A stretch of 64,000 nt of DNA from a virus (taxonomy: Duplodnaviria; Heunggongvirae; Uroviricota; Caudoviricetes): the IMG/VR virus record IMGVR_UViG_3300042894_003937; one strand, written 5' to 3'. The notes under the pieces are model-generated. The model saw only the letters and a list, made by a program, of their open reading frames with translations. It ran no database searches and was not told where the DNA came from. The position numbers were made by a program, and so were the translations under genes. Each line of letters starts with the position of its first letter. The first letter of the stretch is position 1. Shown here piece after piece: positions 35,980 through 45,448 of this stretch.

Positions 35980-37230
35980 ATGATACAATCTATAATAGGA
36001 ACAAGTTTTACCGGAGGTTATAATCCACCTTTACCATTTGACATAACTGCTAACTGGAGTTTGACAACACCTGCTGTTGTAGATGAGGTATCTTTTAAAA
36101 CTTTTCTAGAAAGTGGTGAAGATGGAGATGATGAGACAAATGAGTTAACAGGTGTAGTCATTACTGACTTCTTACTTGAAGGAAACAGGTTAACTTGTAA
36201 TCTTTCTGCTAGTGGTTATAATTTTTACCTTAGTTATACAGAAGTTTCAGTTGTAAATAGTATAGGTAATATTGTAGGATTAGAAAATTTGAATTTAAGT
36301 GTTAATCAAATAACATCATTCGATCCCTCTATTGCATTACCTAGTTCATTACTTAGTTTAGCTTTAGGTGTCAATCAAATAACATCATTCGATCCCTCTA
36401 TTGCTTTACCTAGCAGTTTACAACAATTAAGTTTAAGTGATAATCAATTAACATCATTTGATCCCTCTATTACTTTGCCTAGCAGTTTACAACAATTAAG
36501 TTTAAGTGATAATCAATTAACATCATTTGATCCCTCTATTGCTTTACCTAATTCATTGTTAGAATTAAGTTTAAGTTATAATCAAGTATCGATGAACTTT
36601 ACCCCAAGTTTACCATTACCCAGTTCATTACAATATTTAAGCTTGGATAATTCTAATATAGTTACATTTGATCCAGCATATGATTTGCCTAGCAGTTTAC
36701 AACAATTAAGTTTAAGTGATAATCAAATAGTGAATTTTACTCCAAGTAACTCGCTTGGGGGTGGATTACAATATTTAGATTTAAGTGATAATCAAATAGT
36801 AACATTTGATCCTGTTGCAGCATTACCAAGTTCATTACAATCAATATTCTTAAACCGCAATCAAATTGTGACATTTGATCCCACTATAGCTTTACCTACT
36901 GGATTAACAAGTTTAGATTTAACTGGTAATCAAATTGTGACATTTGATCCCACTATAGCTTTACCTACTGGATTATTATACTTACAATTAGCGGATAATC
37001 AAATTGTTACATTTGATCCTAGCATTACGTTACCAAATTCATTAATTGTTTTAAATTTAGTTAATAATCAAATGACAACAGCTGGTTATACTGCATCTGA
37101 ACCATGGGCAAATGCTATGTCTGTGATTCCTGGGAGAGGTAGTGTATATTTTGGTGCTAATCCAAATTCTGTAAGTGGAACAAATCTTGGAACAATATTA
37201 CAATCTAAAGGTTGGAGTGTAAACGTATAA
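35980..37230 (+). CDS. leucine-rich-repeat protein (about 14 LRRs of LSLSDNQLTSFDPSIALPSSLQQ type)
   Basis: Regular 22-residue LxxLxLxxNxL repeats; N-terminal 16 aa identical to the next gene. Confidence 0.7.
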   Translation: MIQSIIGTSFTGGYNPPLPFDITANWSLTTPAVVDEVSFKTFLESGEDGDDETNELTGVVITDFLLEGNRLTCNLSASGYNFYLSYTEVSVVNSIGNIVGLENLNLSVNQITSFDPSIALPSSLLSLALGVNQITSFDPSIALPSSLQQLSLSDNQLTSFDPSITLPSSLQQLSLSDNQLTSFDPSIALPNSLLELSLSYNQVSMNFTPSLPLPSSLQYLSLDNSNIVTFDPAYDLPSSLQQLSLSDNQIVNFTPSNSLGGGLQYLDLSDNQIVTFDPVAALPSSLQSIFLNRNQIVTFDPTIALPTGLTSLDLTGNQIVTFDPTIALPTGLLYLQLADNQIVTFDPSITLPNSLIVLNLVNNQMTTAGYTASEPWANAMSVIPGRGSVYFGANPNSVSGTNLGTILQSKGWSVNV

Positions 37231-37244
37231 AAATAAAGTATAAT

Positions 37245-37982
37245 ATGATACAATCTATAATAGGAACAAGTTTTACAGGAGGTTATAATCCACAAGGTCC
37301 ATCATTTAGACTTATGTTTACAGATATAAGTTTTGCTAATACCCTAGTAGGGGATGCGTCAAATGTTAATGATTGGAATACATATTTAGATTTACCTCTT
37401 TTGGGTACACCTTTCACTAGTGTAAACGTTAGTGGTGATGAAGTGTCTTTGTATGGCGGAGTAGGTATTACATTAAAAACTTCTGCATTTACTATTAATC
37501 TAAAAAAAAATGAAGTTCCTTATTTAGTTTCTGTAGATGATGAAAGTGGAGTGATTGTGGAATTACAAGAAGAAACTTTTTCAAGTCAATCATTATTAAC
37601 AACTGTATCTTTACCACAACTAATTACTGCAGATATTTTCTGTTTTAATGGTTGTGACAATTTAGCCATTATTAATTTACCACAGTTAACAACTGCAGGT
37701 GTTGGCTGTTTTAATACTTGTGACAATTTAGCCATTATTAATTTACCACAGTTAACAACTGCAGGTGCTGGATGCTTTGCTGGTTGTAGTTTAACAACAG
37801 TAACATTACCTCTCTGTACAAACTTAGGTGGCGGTGTTTTAAATGATAATGTGTTTTCAGACATAATTGGAAACACAATTTCTTTAACTATACCTGAGTC
37901 TTTAATGACTTGTAATTCAGGAAATCCAGATGGTGATATTCAATACTTGCAGGCAAATAACACAGTAACAATAATAAGTTAG
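37245..37982 (+). CDS. repeat protein with Cys-containing LRR-like repeats (INLPQLTTAG.GCF..C.NL); start placed at MIQSIIGT
   Basis: N-terminal 16 aa and about 45 bp upstream identical to the 35980 gene. Confidence 0.6.
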   Translation: MIQSIIGTSFTGGYNPQGPSFRLMFTDISFANTLVGDASNVNDWNTYLDLPLLGTPFTSVNVSGDEVSLYGGVGITLKTSAFTINLKKNEVPYLVSVDDESGVIVELQEETFSSQSLLTTVSLPQLITADIFCFNGCDNLAIINLPQLTTAGVGCFNTCDNLAIINLPQLTTAGAGCFAGCSLTTVTLPLCTNLGGGVLNDNVFSDIIGNTISLTIPESLMTCNSGNPDGDIQYLQANNTVTIIS

Positions 37983-37985
37983 ATT

Positions 37986-38050
37986 CATTTAACAGAACTC
38001 TTGTAGTTCTTCTTTGAAGGTGTCACCTACTAAATGGTTTTAAATGTTTC
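37986..38050 (-). pseudogene. degenerate fragment of a Fam-A 5' end (MKHLKPF-frameshift-GDTFKEELQEFC)
   Basis: Near-identical to the first about 70 nt of gene 39100..39636 apart from a 9-nt deletion that causes a frameshift and stop. Confidence 0.45.
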
Positions 38051-38055
38051 ATATA

Positions 38056-39054
38056 TTATCGTTTACCTTTGAATGATTCAAATGTTTTAATCCATTTTTT
38101 ATTAGAAGTTTTTTCCATAGTTAAATCAGGATTACCTAAGATTCTTTTTATAATCTCAAACGCTTCTTCTTTAGTTTTACCAGCTATTTCTTTATTTATT
38201 TGACCAATCTGTGGACCTTTTGCACCATATTTCATAATGTCTTGTGCAGTGAATAAAACAGGAGCTTTCTCTGCTTTAATCTCAACTAATTCTGATTTTT
38301 TGAATTGGTCTTTCAATGGGCATTCTTCATCCCATTTATCATAAGATGGATTATCCCATTTTAAAGATTCTGCATTAAAGTCATTACCCATATTATCCAT
38401 TTTAGAAAATACACATAACTTATAAAAAGATTTAGCTTTTTCATTATTATCAACACCAGGAGCATCCGCGAATATTTTAAATCTTGTGTTTGGATTTAAT
38501 TCACCACCTTCTGATGGTCCACCAGTCACACTTGCCAACCAACCTTTAATAACCATATGTTTTGCACATATATAAACAACTAACTCATTCGCACCACCTG
38601 CAGAAGCTGACTCGGCACCTGCTTTATCATGACCTAAAGAAGTTGGCCATCCCATCTTATTAAAAGAAACAGTATCAAACTTGGCTATATCGTGATAAAG
38701 TGCTGCAGTAATCAAATCTTGATCATTAGTTTCAATTCCTCTACTCATAACTATCTTAATATGAACTAAAGAGTTTCTTTCTGGATGCCACTTAGGATTT
38801 TCATTTATATAAACATTTCTAAGTAATTGTTTTTTTAAATCTGTGCCTAAACCACCAATAAGTGAATCACACTGATCAAAAGCACCTTTATACTTATTCT
38901 CTAGTTCCATACTAACTTGTTTTTCGGTTCTCATAGATTCTGATTTGCCTAAAGCTTCATCAACTATTGTTTGTTGTACATCATTCAAAGAAACACCTTC
39001 AAGTGGATCGACATTCCACTGATCTTTTATTGTTTTTGCATTATCACTTTCCAT
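38056..39054 (-). CDS. HD-domain phosphohydrolase-like protein
   Basis: H..H...YHDIAKF metal-binding HD signature. Confidence 0.55.
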   Translation of the reverse strand: MESDNAKTIKDQWNVDPLEGVSLNDVQQTIVDEALGKSESMRTEKQVSMELENKYKGAFDQCDSLIGGLGTDLKKQLLRNVYINENPKWHPERNSLVHIKIVMSRGIETNDQDLITAALYHDIAKFDTVSFNKMGWPTSLGHDKAGAESASAGGANELVVYICAKHMVIKGWLASVTGGPSEGGELNPNTRFKIFADAPGVDNNEKAKSFYKLCVFSKMDNMGNDFNAESLKWDNPSYDKWDEECPLKDQFKKSELVEIKAEKAPVLFTAQDIMKYGAKGPQIGQINKEIAGKTKEEAFEIIKRILGNPDLTMEKTSNKKWIKTFESFKGKR

Positions 39055-39099
39055 AAAATATTATTTTTTTTATTGTTCTTTTTTCTAATAGACTATATA

Positions 39100-39636
39100 T
39101 TATTTAAAGAATGATTTTAATTTGGTTAGAACAGATTTATTTTCTTGTTTATATCCATCTATTATAAATTCAAACTCTGTTATATAAGATTCTAAAACAT
39201 CATCAGTATCAGTATCATAATAAAGACCTGATTTTATATCATCATTGATTAGTTTATTTACTTGGTAAAATAATTCTGTTTTACGATGAGGCCAGTGTTG
39301 TCTAGCAGCTTCTAAGTCACGTGTTACTTCTATTATGACATCTTTTTTATTTTTACGAGTATGTCCCATTTGTCTAGCATATTGTTTAAGTTCATATTGA
39401 TTAGTAAGTCTGGTTAAGAATGGTATCATATGGTCTTTTATATCGGACCATAATCTAGGATTCTCATTTAATTCTAGTGTAAGTTTGAAACTTAAACCTA
39501 AACCACTTCTAACTAACGTTATAGAAATATTTAATTCTTCATCTAATAGATAAGCTAGATTCATTTCACAGAAGTCTTGTAGTTCTTCTTTGAAGGTGTC
39601 ACCTACTGCTTCATTGAATGGTTTAATATGTTTCAT
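39100..39636 (-). CDS. Fam-A paralog
   Basis: MKHIKPFNEA..DFCEMNLAYLLDEE..SDIKDHMIPFLTRL. Confidence 0.7.
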   Translation of the reverse strand: MKHIKPFNEAVGDTFKEELQDFCEMNLAYLLDEELNISITLVRSGLGLSFKLTLELNENPRLWSDIKDHMIPFLTRLTNQYELKQYARQMGHTRKNKKDVIIEVTRDLEAARQHWPHRKTELFYQVNKLINDDIKSGLYYDTDTDDVLESYITEFEFIIDGYKQENKSVLTKLKSFFK

Positions 39637-39638
39637 AT

Positions 39639-40865
39639 TTAGAGAATGAATTTATTTACAATACTAGATATTTGACTGGCTCCATTTTTACATATATCAT
39701 GGTGTTCTACTCCTGGTATAACTGTTAAAGATGTTTTATCATTAGGAAAATTACCTTTGTCATCTTTTTCAGCTTGTTCCTTAGTAAGTACACCTGAGTC
39801 TGTTTTACCAGCTCTAATAATTAAACACTCAACACTATCATCTAACTTTTCTATTTCTTTTGGATCTCTCTGTAATGATCCAACCATACCAATCGCTTGA
39901 CTGTGTAAGAAATCTATATTATATTTTCTATCTCCATTTTCTATATCACAATAGTAGTTCTTTTTATCTGATGAATCAAATTTATCTTCTACTATCCAAA
40001 CATTATTAGGATTTTTAATACCTGATGAAGTAATAATTGATTTGATGTATTCAATAGATGTTTTACCATCATTTGTTGGTATTTCTTCTTGCTTCACACC
40101 TTTTTTCCAAACTGATGATGGATTAGTTTTACTAGGATAATGTTTACCTACTCTTTCTGTGAATGGTTCATCTATGAATTCAATTACAAGTTCTTTTGTT
40201 GCTCTCCATTTTTCATAATCTGATTGTAATTTGAATTCAAAATCTGATAGTTTTGCTTTACTAAAATCAAAATCTGATGGATTTTTTTTATGTACTTCTG
40301 GTTTATATGTATATTTGAATTGAATAATTTCGTCTTTTGTTGGATTAGTTTGAGAATCTTTTTCATAAAAAGGAAAGGTAACACAATTATACCTTCTCAT
40401 TGTGTTATTTTTCATTGTTGTACTTACATATTTATCAGGTGCTATTGCATTAGGAGCGGCAGCATCTATACATATAAATTTACCTTTGAAATCTGATCCT
40501 AATTCTTTAATTATCCAAAATCCAAAAGTTGTACCCATTGAAAATCCTAGAATAGATAAATTAGGATATGATTTTAATTGTTTTGCGATTTCCTTACATC
40601 TATCTTTACCATTATCTTTAACGTTCTCATCATATGAAAATGTTATTAAGTTAAATGTTTCTTTTAACAGAGAAGCAAGTACCTCGTAATCATCTATTGG
40701 ATTACCACCACCACCTGGAATTAAAAGAAGTGTTGGTTTATTTTTATCATTATCTGATTCTATTGGATAAGGTTGAATAATAAATTTCTCAGGTGATAAT
40801 TTTTCTTTATTATCTTCTAATATAAGTCTAAATTGTTTATATAACTTTAAGTGTTTCATAATCAT
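39639..40865 (-). CDS. alpha/beta hydrolase (GFSMG nucleophile elbow) carrying a Fam-A-type leader (MIMKHLKLYKQF)
   Basis: 408 aa; LLLIPGGGGN..ILGFSMGTTFG. Confidence 0.6.
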   Translation of the reverse strand: MIMKHLKLYKQFRLILEDNKEKLSPEKFIIQPYPIESDNDKNKPTLLLIPGGGGNPIDDYEVLASLLKETFNLITFSYDENVKDNGKDRCKEIAKQLKSYPNLSILGFSMGTTFGFWIIKELGSDFKGKFICIDAAAPNAIAPDKYVSTTMKNNTMRRYNCVTFPFYEKDSQTNPTKDEIIQFKYTYKPEVHKKNPSDFDFSKAKLSDFEFKLQSDYEKWRATKELVIEFIDEPFTERVGKHYPSKTNPSSVWKKGVKQEEIPTNDGKTSIEYIKSIITSSGIKNPNNVWIVEDKFDSSDKKNYYCDIENGDRKYNIDFLHSQAIGMVGSLQRDPKEIEKLDDSVECLIIRAGKTDSGVLTKEQAEKDDKGNFPNDKTSLTVIPGVEHHDICKNGASQISSIVNKFIL

Positions 40866-40873
40866 TAATTTTT

Positions 40874-41098
40874 TTATTCTAATTCATCAAGAAATTTTTT
40901 ATAGTCAAACTTAATCTTCTCTTTTTTGAATTGTTTAACCATATCATTGGCTATCTCTATTCTATTTTCTTTATCTTTGACTTTCTTTAGTATATCAATT
41001 ATACCTGATACCATTTGGTAATAGTTATTATTACCAAGCTCTGCTTTTATTTCAGATTTAGATTCTTTTACTTGTGAGTATGTTTTTAAATGTTTCAT
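40874..41098 (-). CDS. small helical protein with MKHLKTY leader
   Basis: 74 aa. Confidence 0.45.
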   Translation of the reverse strand: MKHLKTYSQVKESKSEIKAELGNNNYYQMVSGIIDILKKVKDKENRIEIANDMVKQFKKEKIKFDYKKFLDELE

Positions 41099-41108
41099 AG
41101 TTTATATA

Positions 41109-42437
41109 TTAAATTATATAAGAGGTAGGATTTAAACTTCCGTAACTTCCATACCCTAAATCAGATATTAAGTCAACTCTATCAGTAAAATCATTATACT
41201 TTATTTTTATTAGTTTAGTTGTAGGGTTTGGTATTTTATTAGGATCTATATCCCAAGATCCTGTTGCATATGTATTAGTTGGTGCCTCACCATTAAGATA
41301 AATATATCCATCTGAAAAAATTGAATTATCATCTGTTATTAATGTATCTATTGGAATGGATTCTTCGATAGCTAACGTATCAATATTCATTCGCACTAAA
41401 CTTCTATGTGAAGTAGTAGTACCCATTATAGCATTACTTATTATTAACTTATCATTATAAACTCCCATCCAGTGTGGCAAAGGTATAAATGATGGAGTTC
41501 CTGCATTTATAGTTTGACTATAAATTTGTCTTTTTCTAATACCATCTAATCCCCATACTTCCATTCCCATTTGACTAAATCCTGAACCGCCGGCAGCATT
41601 ATTAACAATAGGTATGTAAATCTCATCATTATAAATTAAATATGAGGAAAAAGTTCTTACTCTTCTAGATGGAACTGATAAGGTTCCAGTTATTAGTAAT
41701 TCACTATATGTTCCAAGTGTTAAATCCATTTTTAAAATAATACCATTGGAAGTAGTTAATGATGGCATTATATATACATAATCTTTATAAGCTATAATAT
41801 CAGTTGTTTGTTTATTCAAATATTTAGCGGGTAAAGTAAGTGTGATAATATTATCAATATTACCAGAATCTATTCTAGCGACAGTAGTTGTGGCAGATCT
41901 TGATGCTAAATAAAGGTAACCTTTATAGAAACACATACCGTGTACTAGATTTATATTAGATGTTATAAGTTTATATTCAATTTTATCAAACTGAAGAATA
42001 AGACCATTTTTTAATTTACAATTTGTTAATTTTAAAAAGTAAGTATCTGAAGGTCCAAAATTACCACATAAATAAAAATCAGAACCATTTCTAACAATTT
42101 CATTACTGTTTCTAACATTTATACTTGGATCCAAATAACTTTCTAAATCTATTCTACGAAAAGAATCTGTATAATATAATAGCTCACTGCTATTTACTAA
42201 AGTAGATATATAAAAGTCTTCTGGTATATCTTTAAATATACCTCCCCCTGAGTTACTACTCGCGACTGCATTATTAGCCATTTGTAAAGAGTTTTCATAA
42301 ATCTTGAGTCTTCTAAGATGTTCTTCTTTTTGTTTTTGTTGAATTTCTAACGCATCTACTAAATATTTTGTTTCTTTTAAATCTCTCTCCCTCTTTTCTT
42401 CTTCAATTTTCATAAGAATCTCTTCAATTGATTTCAT
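41109..42437 (-). CDS. hypothetical protein, N-terminal coiled coil plus beta-rich domain (structural?)
   Basis: 442 aa. Confidence 0.55.
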   Translation of the reverse strand: MKSIEEILMKIEEEKRERDLKETKYLVDALEIQQKQKEEHLRRLKIYENSLQMANNAVASSNSGGGIFKDIPEDFYISTLVNSSELLYYTDSFRRIDLESYLDPSINVRNSNEIVRNGSDFYLCGNFGPSDTYFLKLTNCKLKNGLILQFDKIEYKLITSNINLVHGMCFYKGYLYLASRSATTTVARIDSGNIDNIITLTLPAKYLNKQTTDIIAYKDYVYIMPSLTTSNGIILKMDLTLGTYSELLITGTLSVPSRRVRTFSSYLIYNDEIYIPIVNNAAGGSGFSQMGMEVWGLDGIRKRQIYSQTINAGTPSFIPLPHWMGVYNDKLIISNAIMGTTTSHRSLVRMNIDTLAIEESIPIDTLITDDNSIFSDGYIYLNGEAPTNTYATGSWDIDPNKIPNPTTKLIKIKYNDFTDRVDLISDLGYGSYGSLNPTSYII

Positions 42438-42504
42438 AAATAAAAAACTTTTTATGTATATATTAAAATAAAATCAGTATAAATGATTTTAAATATCTTA
42501 TTTT

Positions 42505-42516
42505 TATATATACTTT
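42505..42516 (+). promoter_or_regulatory. TATATATACTTT box abutting the ATG (variant of the recurrent motif)
   Basis: Motif variant. Confidence 0.3.
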
Positions 42517-43131
42517 ATGAAATACTTAAAATCATTTAATGAAGGTTCTACTACGACTGATGTAGATTATTATAAATCCGCTATACATTACTTCAATAAT
42601 AATTTGAATAATGATAGAGCATTAGAATATATCAATAAAGCCATTGAGTTATCAGATAGAAAAAGTAATCCATACTATTTCGCTTTAAAACAAATGATTG
42701 AGGAAAAAGGACCTGAACCAAAGTTTGAAAGTAATGAGCAACAGATAGAAGCTTTAAAAGATTTATGTGATACTAATCTAGCTTATCTAAAAGATGATAA
42801 TTTCATTGTAAGGGTTGTTCCTTCTAGACCTGATAGTTTCTATATATTTATTGGATCAGATGGATTTAATCCAAGTGGTGAAAGATATTATTTTAGTTGG
42901 TTATCTGTAAAGAATCATTTAATACCATTCTTTCATTACCTACTAAAAGATTTTAAGATACAAGATAATCCAAAGGGTACTAATAACAGAGGTGTATCAT
43001 TTGTTAGTTATGGTACTTTTAATGATACTAATGAGTATGTTAAGGTTGATCAAATCTTAAATGATGAGATAGAAGATGATAAACAAATAGCGGGTATATC
43101 TATTTATATTAAGTCGGAATACTTTATTTAA
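42517..43131 (+). CDS. Fam-A paralog with N-terminal helical (TPR-like) extension
   Basis: MKYLKSFNEG..DLCDTNLAYLKDDNF..LSVKNHLIPFFHYL. Confidence 0.6.
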   Translation: MKYLKSFNEGSTTTDVDYYKSAIHYFNNNLNNDRALEYINKAIELSDRKSNPYYFALKQMIEEKGPEPKFESNEQQIEALKDLCDTNLAYLKDDNFIVRVVPSRPDSFYIFIGSDGFNPSGERYYFSWLSVKNHLIPFFHYLLKDFKIQDNPKGTNNRGVSFVSYGTFNDTNEYVKVDQILNDEIEDDKQIAGISIYIKSEYFI

Positions 43132-43168
43132 TATAATTATTTAATATATAAAAGAAAAAATAATAAAA

Positions 43169-43624
43169 ATGGAAAATATGTCAAGAAAAGAAATGTGTAA
43201 TATGTTATGTAATATGGGACACGATATGCGAGATCTAGAAGTTTGTTCAAATGAAGAACTAGCACAAATGTGTAGTGGTATGAACCACGATATGGATAAA
43301 GAAATAGTGGAAAATCAATCATCCAGAATCATTAAAAGTTTTAAAGACTTTAGAAAAACATTCGAAGAATTAAGTCCAGAGATTTATAAAAGAGCCGCTG
43401 CTGGTTTTAGAAAAAGAGATGAAAAAGATAGATCTCAACGTAAAATGTTAGGTATGTCGGATGAATATGAAGAAGACTTTCTTTTAGATAAAGAAGGTAA
43501 TCTAGTTGAGGACGAAAAAGGCAATTTTATTAGAAAGGCTGATGCTTCAGCAAAGAACTTAGAAGATCATGCCAAAGAAAGAGAAGGAAGAACCATAACT
43601 TGGGCAAATCAATCTACGAAATGA
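43169..43624 (+). CDS. hypothetical protein with Cys/Met-rich N-terminal repeats
   Basis: 151 aa; CNMGHDM and CSGMNHDM. Confidence 0.5.
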   Translation: MENMSRKEMCNMLCNMGHDMRDLEVCSNEELAQMCSGMNHDMDKEIVENQSSRIIKSFKDFRKTFEELSPEIYKRAAAGFRKRDEKDRSQRKMLGMSDEYEEDFLLDKEGNLVEDEKGNFIRKADASAKNLEDHAKEREGRTITWANQSTK

Positions 43625-43639
43625 CTTTAGATAATTAGA

Positions 43640-43672
43640 AAAGAAGTGTGGTGAAAACTACACTTCTTTTAT
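43640..43672. terminator. bidirectional hairpin aaagaagtgtg..cacacttcttt
   Basis: 11-bp stem between convergent genes, flanked by A/T runs. Confidence 0.55.
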
Positions 43673-43840
43673 TATACCTACATAGTAACCTTTAAAGCTA
43701 CTTTCTTCAATAAGGTTCTCTGTAACTAACCTTTCTATTTGTTGTTTAGTTGATTGCATATCCTCTTTGGTGATATAAGAACTTATATAAGTTATATGGG
43801 TTGGTAGCTTTAAATGTTTTATTAGAACTTCATCTTTCAT
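43658..43840 (-). CDS. small hypothetical protein
   Basis: 60 aa; overlaps the terminator, uncertain. Confidence 0.35.
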   Translation of the reverse strand: MKDEVLIKHLKLPTHITYISSYITKEDMQSTKQQIERLVTENLIEESSFKGYYVGIIKEV

Positions 43841-44268
43841 TATCTATCAATCTTAGCAATTCTATCTAAATGTCTTCCACCTTCAAATCCTGTATTGATG
43901 AATTCATCTACACATTCAAACGCAGTTTCATCAGAGATATATCTTGCTGGTAAAGTAAGTATATTCGCATCATTATGTAATCTAGCCATATTAGCTATCT
44001 CTGCGCTCCAACAAACCGCTGATCTAACACCAGACCATTTATTGGCGGTCATACTGATACCATTACCGGAACCACAGATTAGGATACCGAAGTCACAATT
44101 TTGATTGGTAACATCATTGGCAACTGCGTGAGCGAAGTCTGGATAGTCACATCGTTCTTCTGAGTGACAACCAAAGTCATTTACTTCGATATTTTTGGTG
44201 GTTAGATATTGTTTAACCTTTTCTTTAAGTTCGTATGCTGCGTGGTCGCAACCGATAGATATTTTCAT
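43840..44268 (-). CDS. rpiB: ribose-5-phosphate isomerase B (RpiB/LacAB family)
   Basis: MKISIGCDHAAYELK, ILICGSGNGISMTANK and GGRH are collinear with E. coli RpiB. Confidence 0.88.
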   Translation of the reverse strand: MKISIGCDHAAYELKEKVKQYLTTKNIEVNDFGCHSEERCDYPDFAHAVANDVTNQNCDFGILICGSGNGISMTANKWSGVRSAVCWSAEIANMARLHNDANILTLPARYISDETAFECVDEFINTGFEGGRHLDRIAKIDR

Positions 44269-44298
44269 AGTGGTTTTTATTTATTATAGAATCTTATA

Positions 44299-44487
44299 TT
44301 ATTCTAATTCTATTTGTTTATTTTTTCTTCTATCAGCTTTTCTTCTAGCTACTTTCGCTTTGGCTCTTGCTTTTCTAGCATTACCATAACGTTCACCTCT
44401 TTCTTCTTGCCACGTTGCTTCGCCTCGGTCGGCGTTTAAACTGATGGTGTAACCAGTTCGTGTCGATAGTTTTGATACTTTTTTCAT
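44299..44487 (-). CDS. small highly basic protein
   Basis: 62 aa; RKARAKAKVARRKADRRKNK. Confidence 0.4.
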   Translation of the reverse strand: MKKVSKLSTRTGYTISLNADRGEATWQEERGERYGNARKARAKAKVARRKADRRKNKQIELE

Positions 44488-44723
44488 ATTCCCAATTCTT
44501 TTAACTTGTTATCTCTTGACATTGATTTTGTGATAAACATATTTTTCTTGTAGTAAACTTTCATATCACCTAAGTCGGTTCTAATGAAAAGGTGTTTACT
44601 TTCTACACCATTATAAACAAAACCTCCAAACTCATAAGACTTACCTTTGGTTAGTTCCTTTACTTTGCCTTGACCTGGTATATTTCGGTAGAAGTCTCTT
44701 ACTGGTATTACTATATCTATCAT
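44484..44723 (-). CDS. small protein with tail motif (..SRDNKLKELGI)
   Basis: 79 aa. Confidence 0.45.
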   Translation of the reverse strand: MIDIVIPVRDFYRNIPGQGKVKELTKGKSYEFGGFVYNGVESKHLFIRTDLGDMKVYYKKNMFITKSMSRDNKLKELGI

Positions 44724-44728
44724 ATTCT

Positions 44729-45448
44729 TTACTTTTTAAATTCAAATTGTATTAAACCCCAATCAACTTCAAGGCCGTTTGCGGTAGATTTTATTCCTAA
44801 TATATCACGAATCCCATCATAAATAATATTTTCATTGACTTTATCTAACCCAAAGAAATAAGAAAAGAAACAAAGCATCTCAGATTTATCTTTAAATACA
44901 AACGGATACTGGTTATATTGTGTTCTTATAATCTTTTGTTGTAATAATGGAAATTCATTAAATGAATCTTCTGTAAAGAAAATTCCATTATGACCTAATG
45001 AATTATATTCATTAACAAATTCATTTAAAAAAATATCAACTGCGGTATCTTTTTTTACATCAGAGAAGATAAATGAACCATTTGCTTTCAAAACTCTCAA
45101 ACATTCGTTCACAAATTTAGGAACATCATTCAAATGATGTAAACCACTTAAAGAAAGAACTAAGTCAAATGAATTATCCGAATATGAAAATTGTGTAGGA
45201 TCTACAAGTTGTATATTTTCATTTGTAAAACCTTCTGAAAAGTCTGCCGAGATAAGTTCAATATTGTTAGGAAGATATTTTTTTAAATACCCACCACCAG
45301 ATGGAATATCTAAAACGTTCTTAATGTTTGAAAAATCGGTACTACCGATTAAACTTTCAAATTCATAAGAACGAACATCTGGATATTTCTGCATCGCCCA
45401 GTGATAATCATTTGCTCTTTTTTCAAAAATCTTTTGGTAGTCGTTCAT
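44729..45448 (-). CDS. class I SAM-dependent methyltransferase
   Basis: Motif I VLDIPSGGGYL, acidic loop, FDLVLSLSGLHH, LKANGSFIFSD. Confidence 0.65.
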   Translation of the reverse strand: MNDYQKIFEKRANDYHWAMQKYPDVRSYEFESLIGSTDFSNIKNVLDIPSGGGYLKKYLPNNIELISADFSEGFTNENIQLVDPTQFSYSDNSFDLVLSLSGLHHLNDVPKFVNECLRVLKANGSFIFSDVKKDTAVDIFLNEFVNEYNSLGHNGIFFTEDSFNEFPLLQQKIIRTQYNQYPFVFKDKSEMLCFFSYFFGLDKVNENIIYDGIRDILGIKSTANGLEVDWGLIQFEFKK

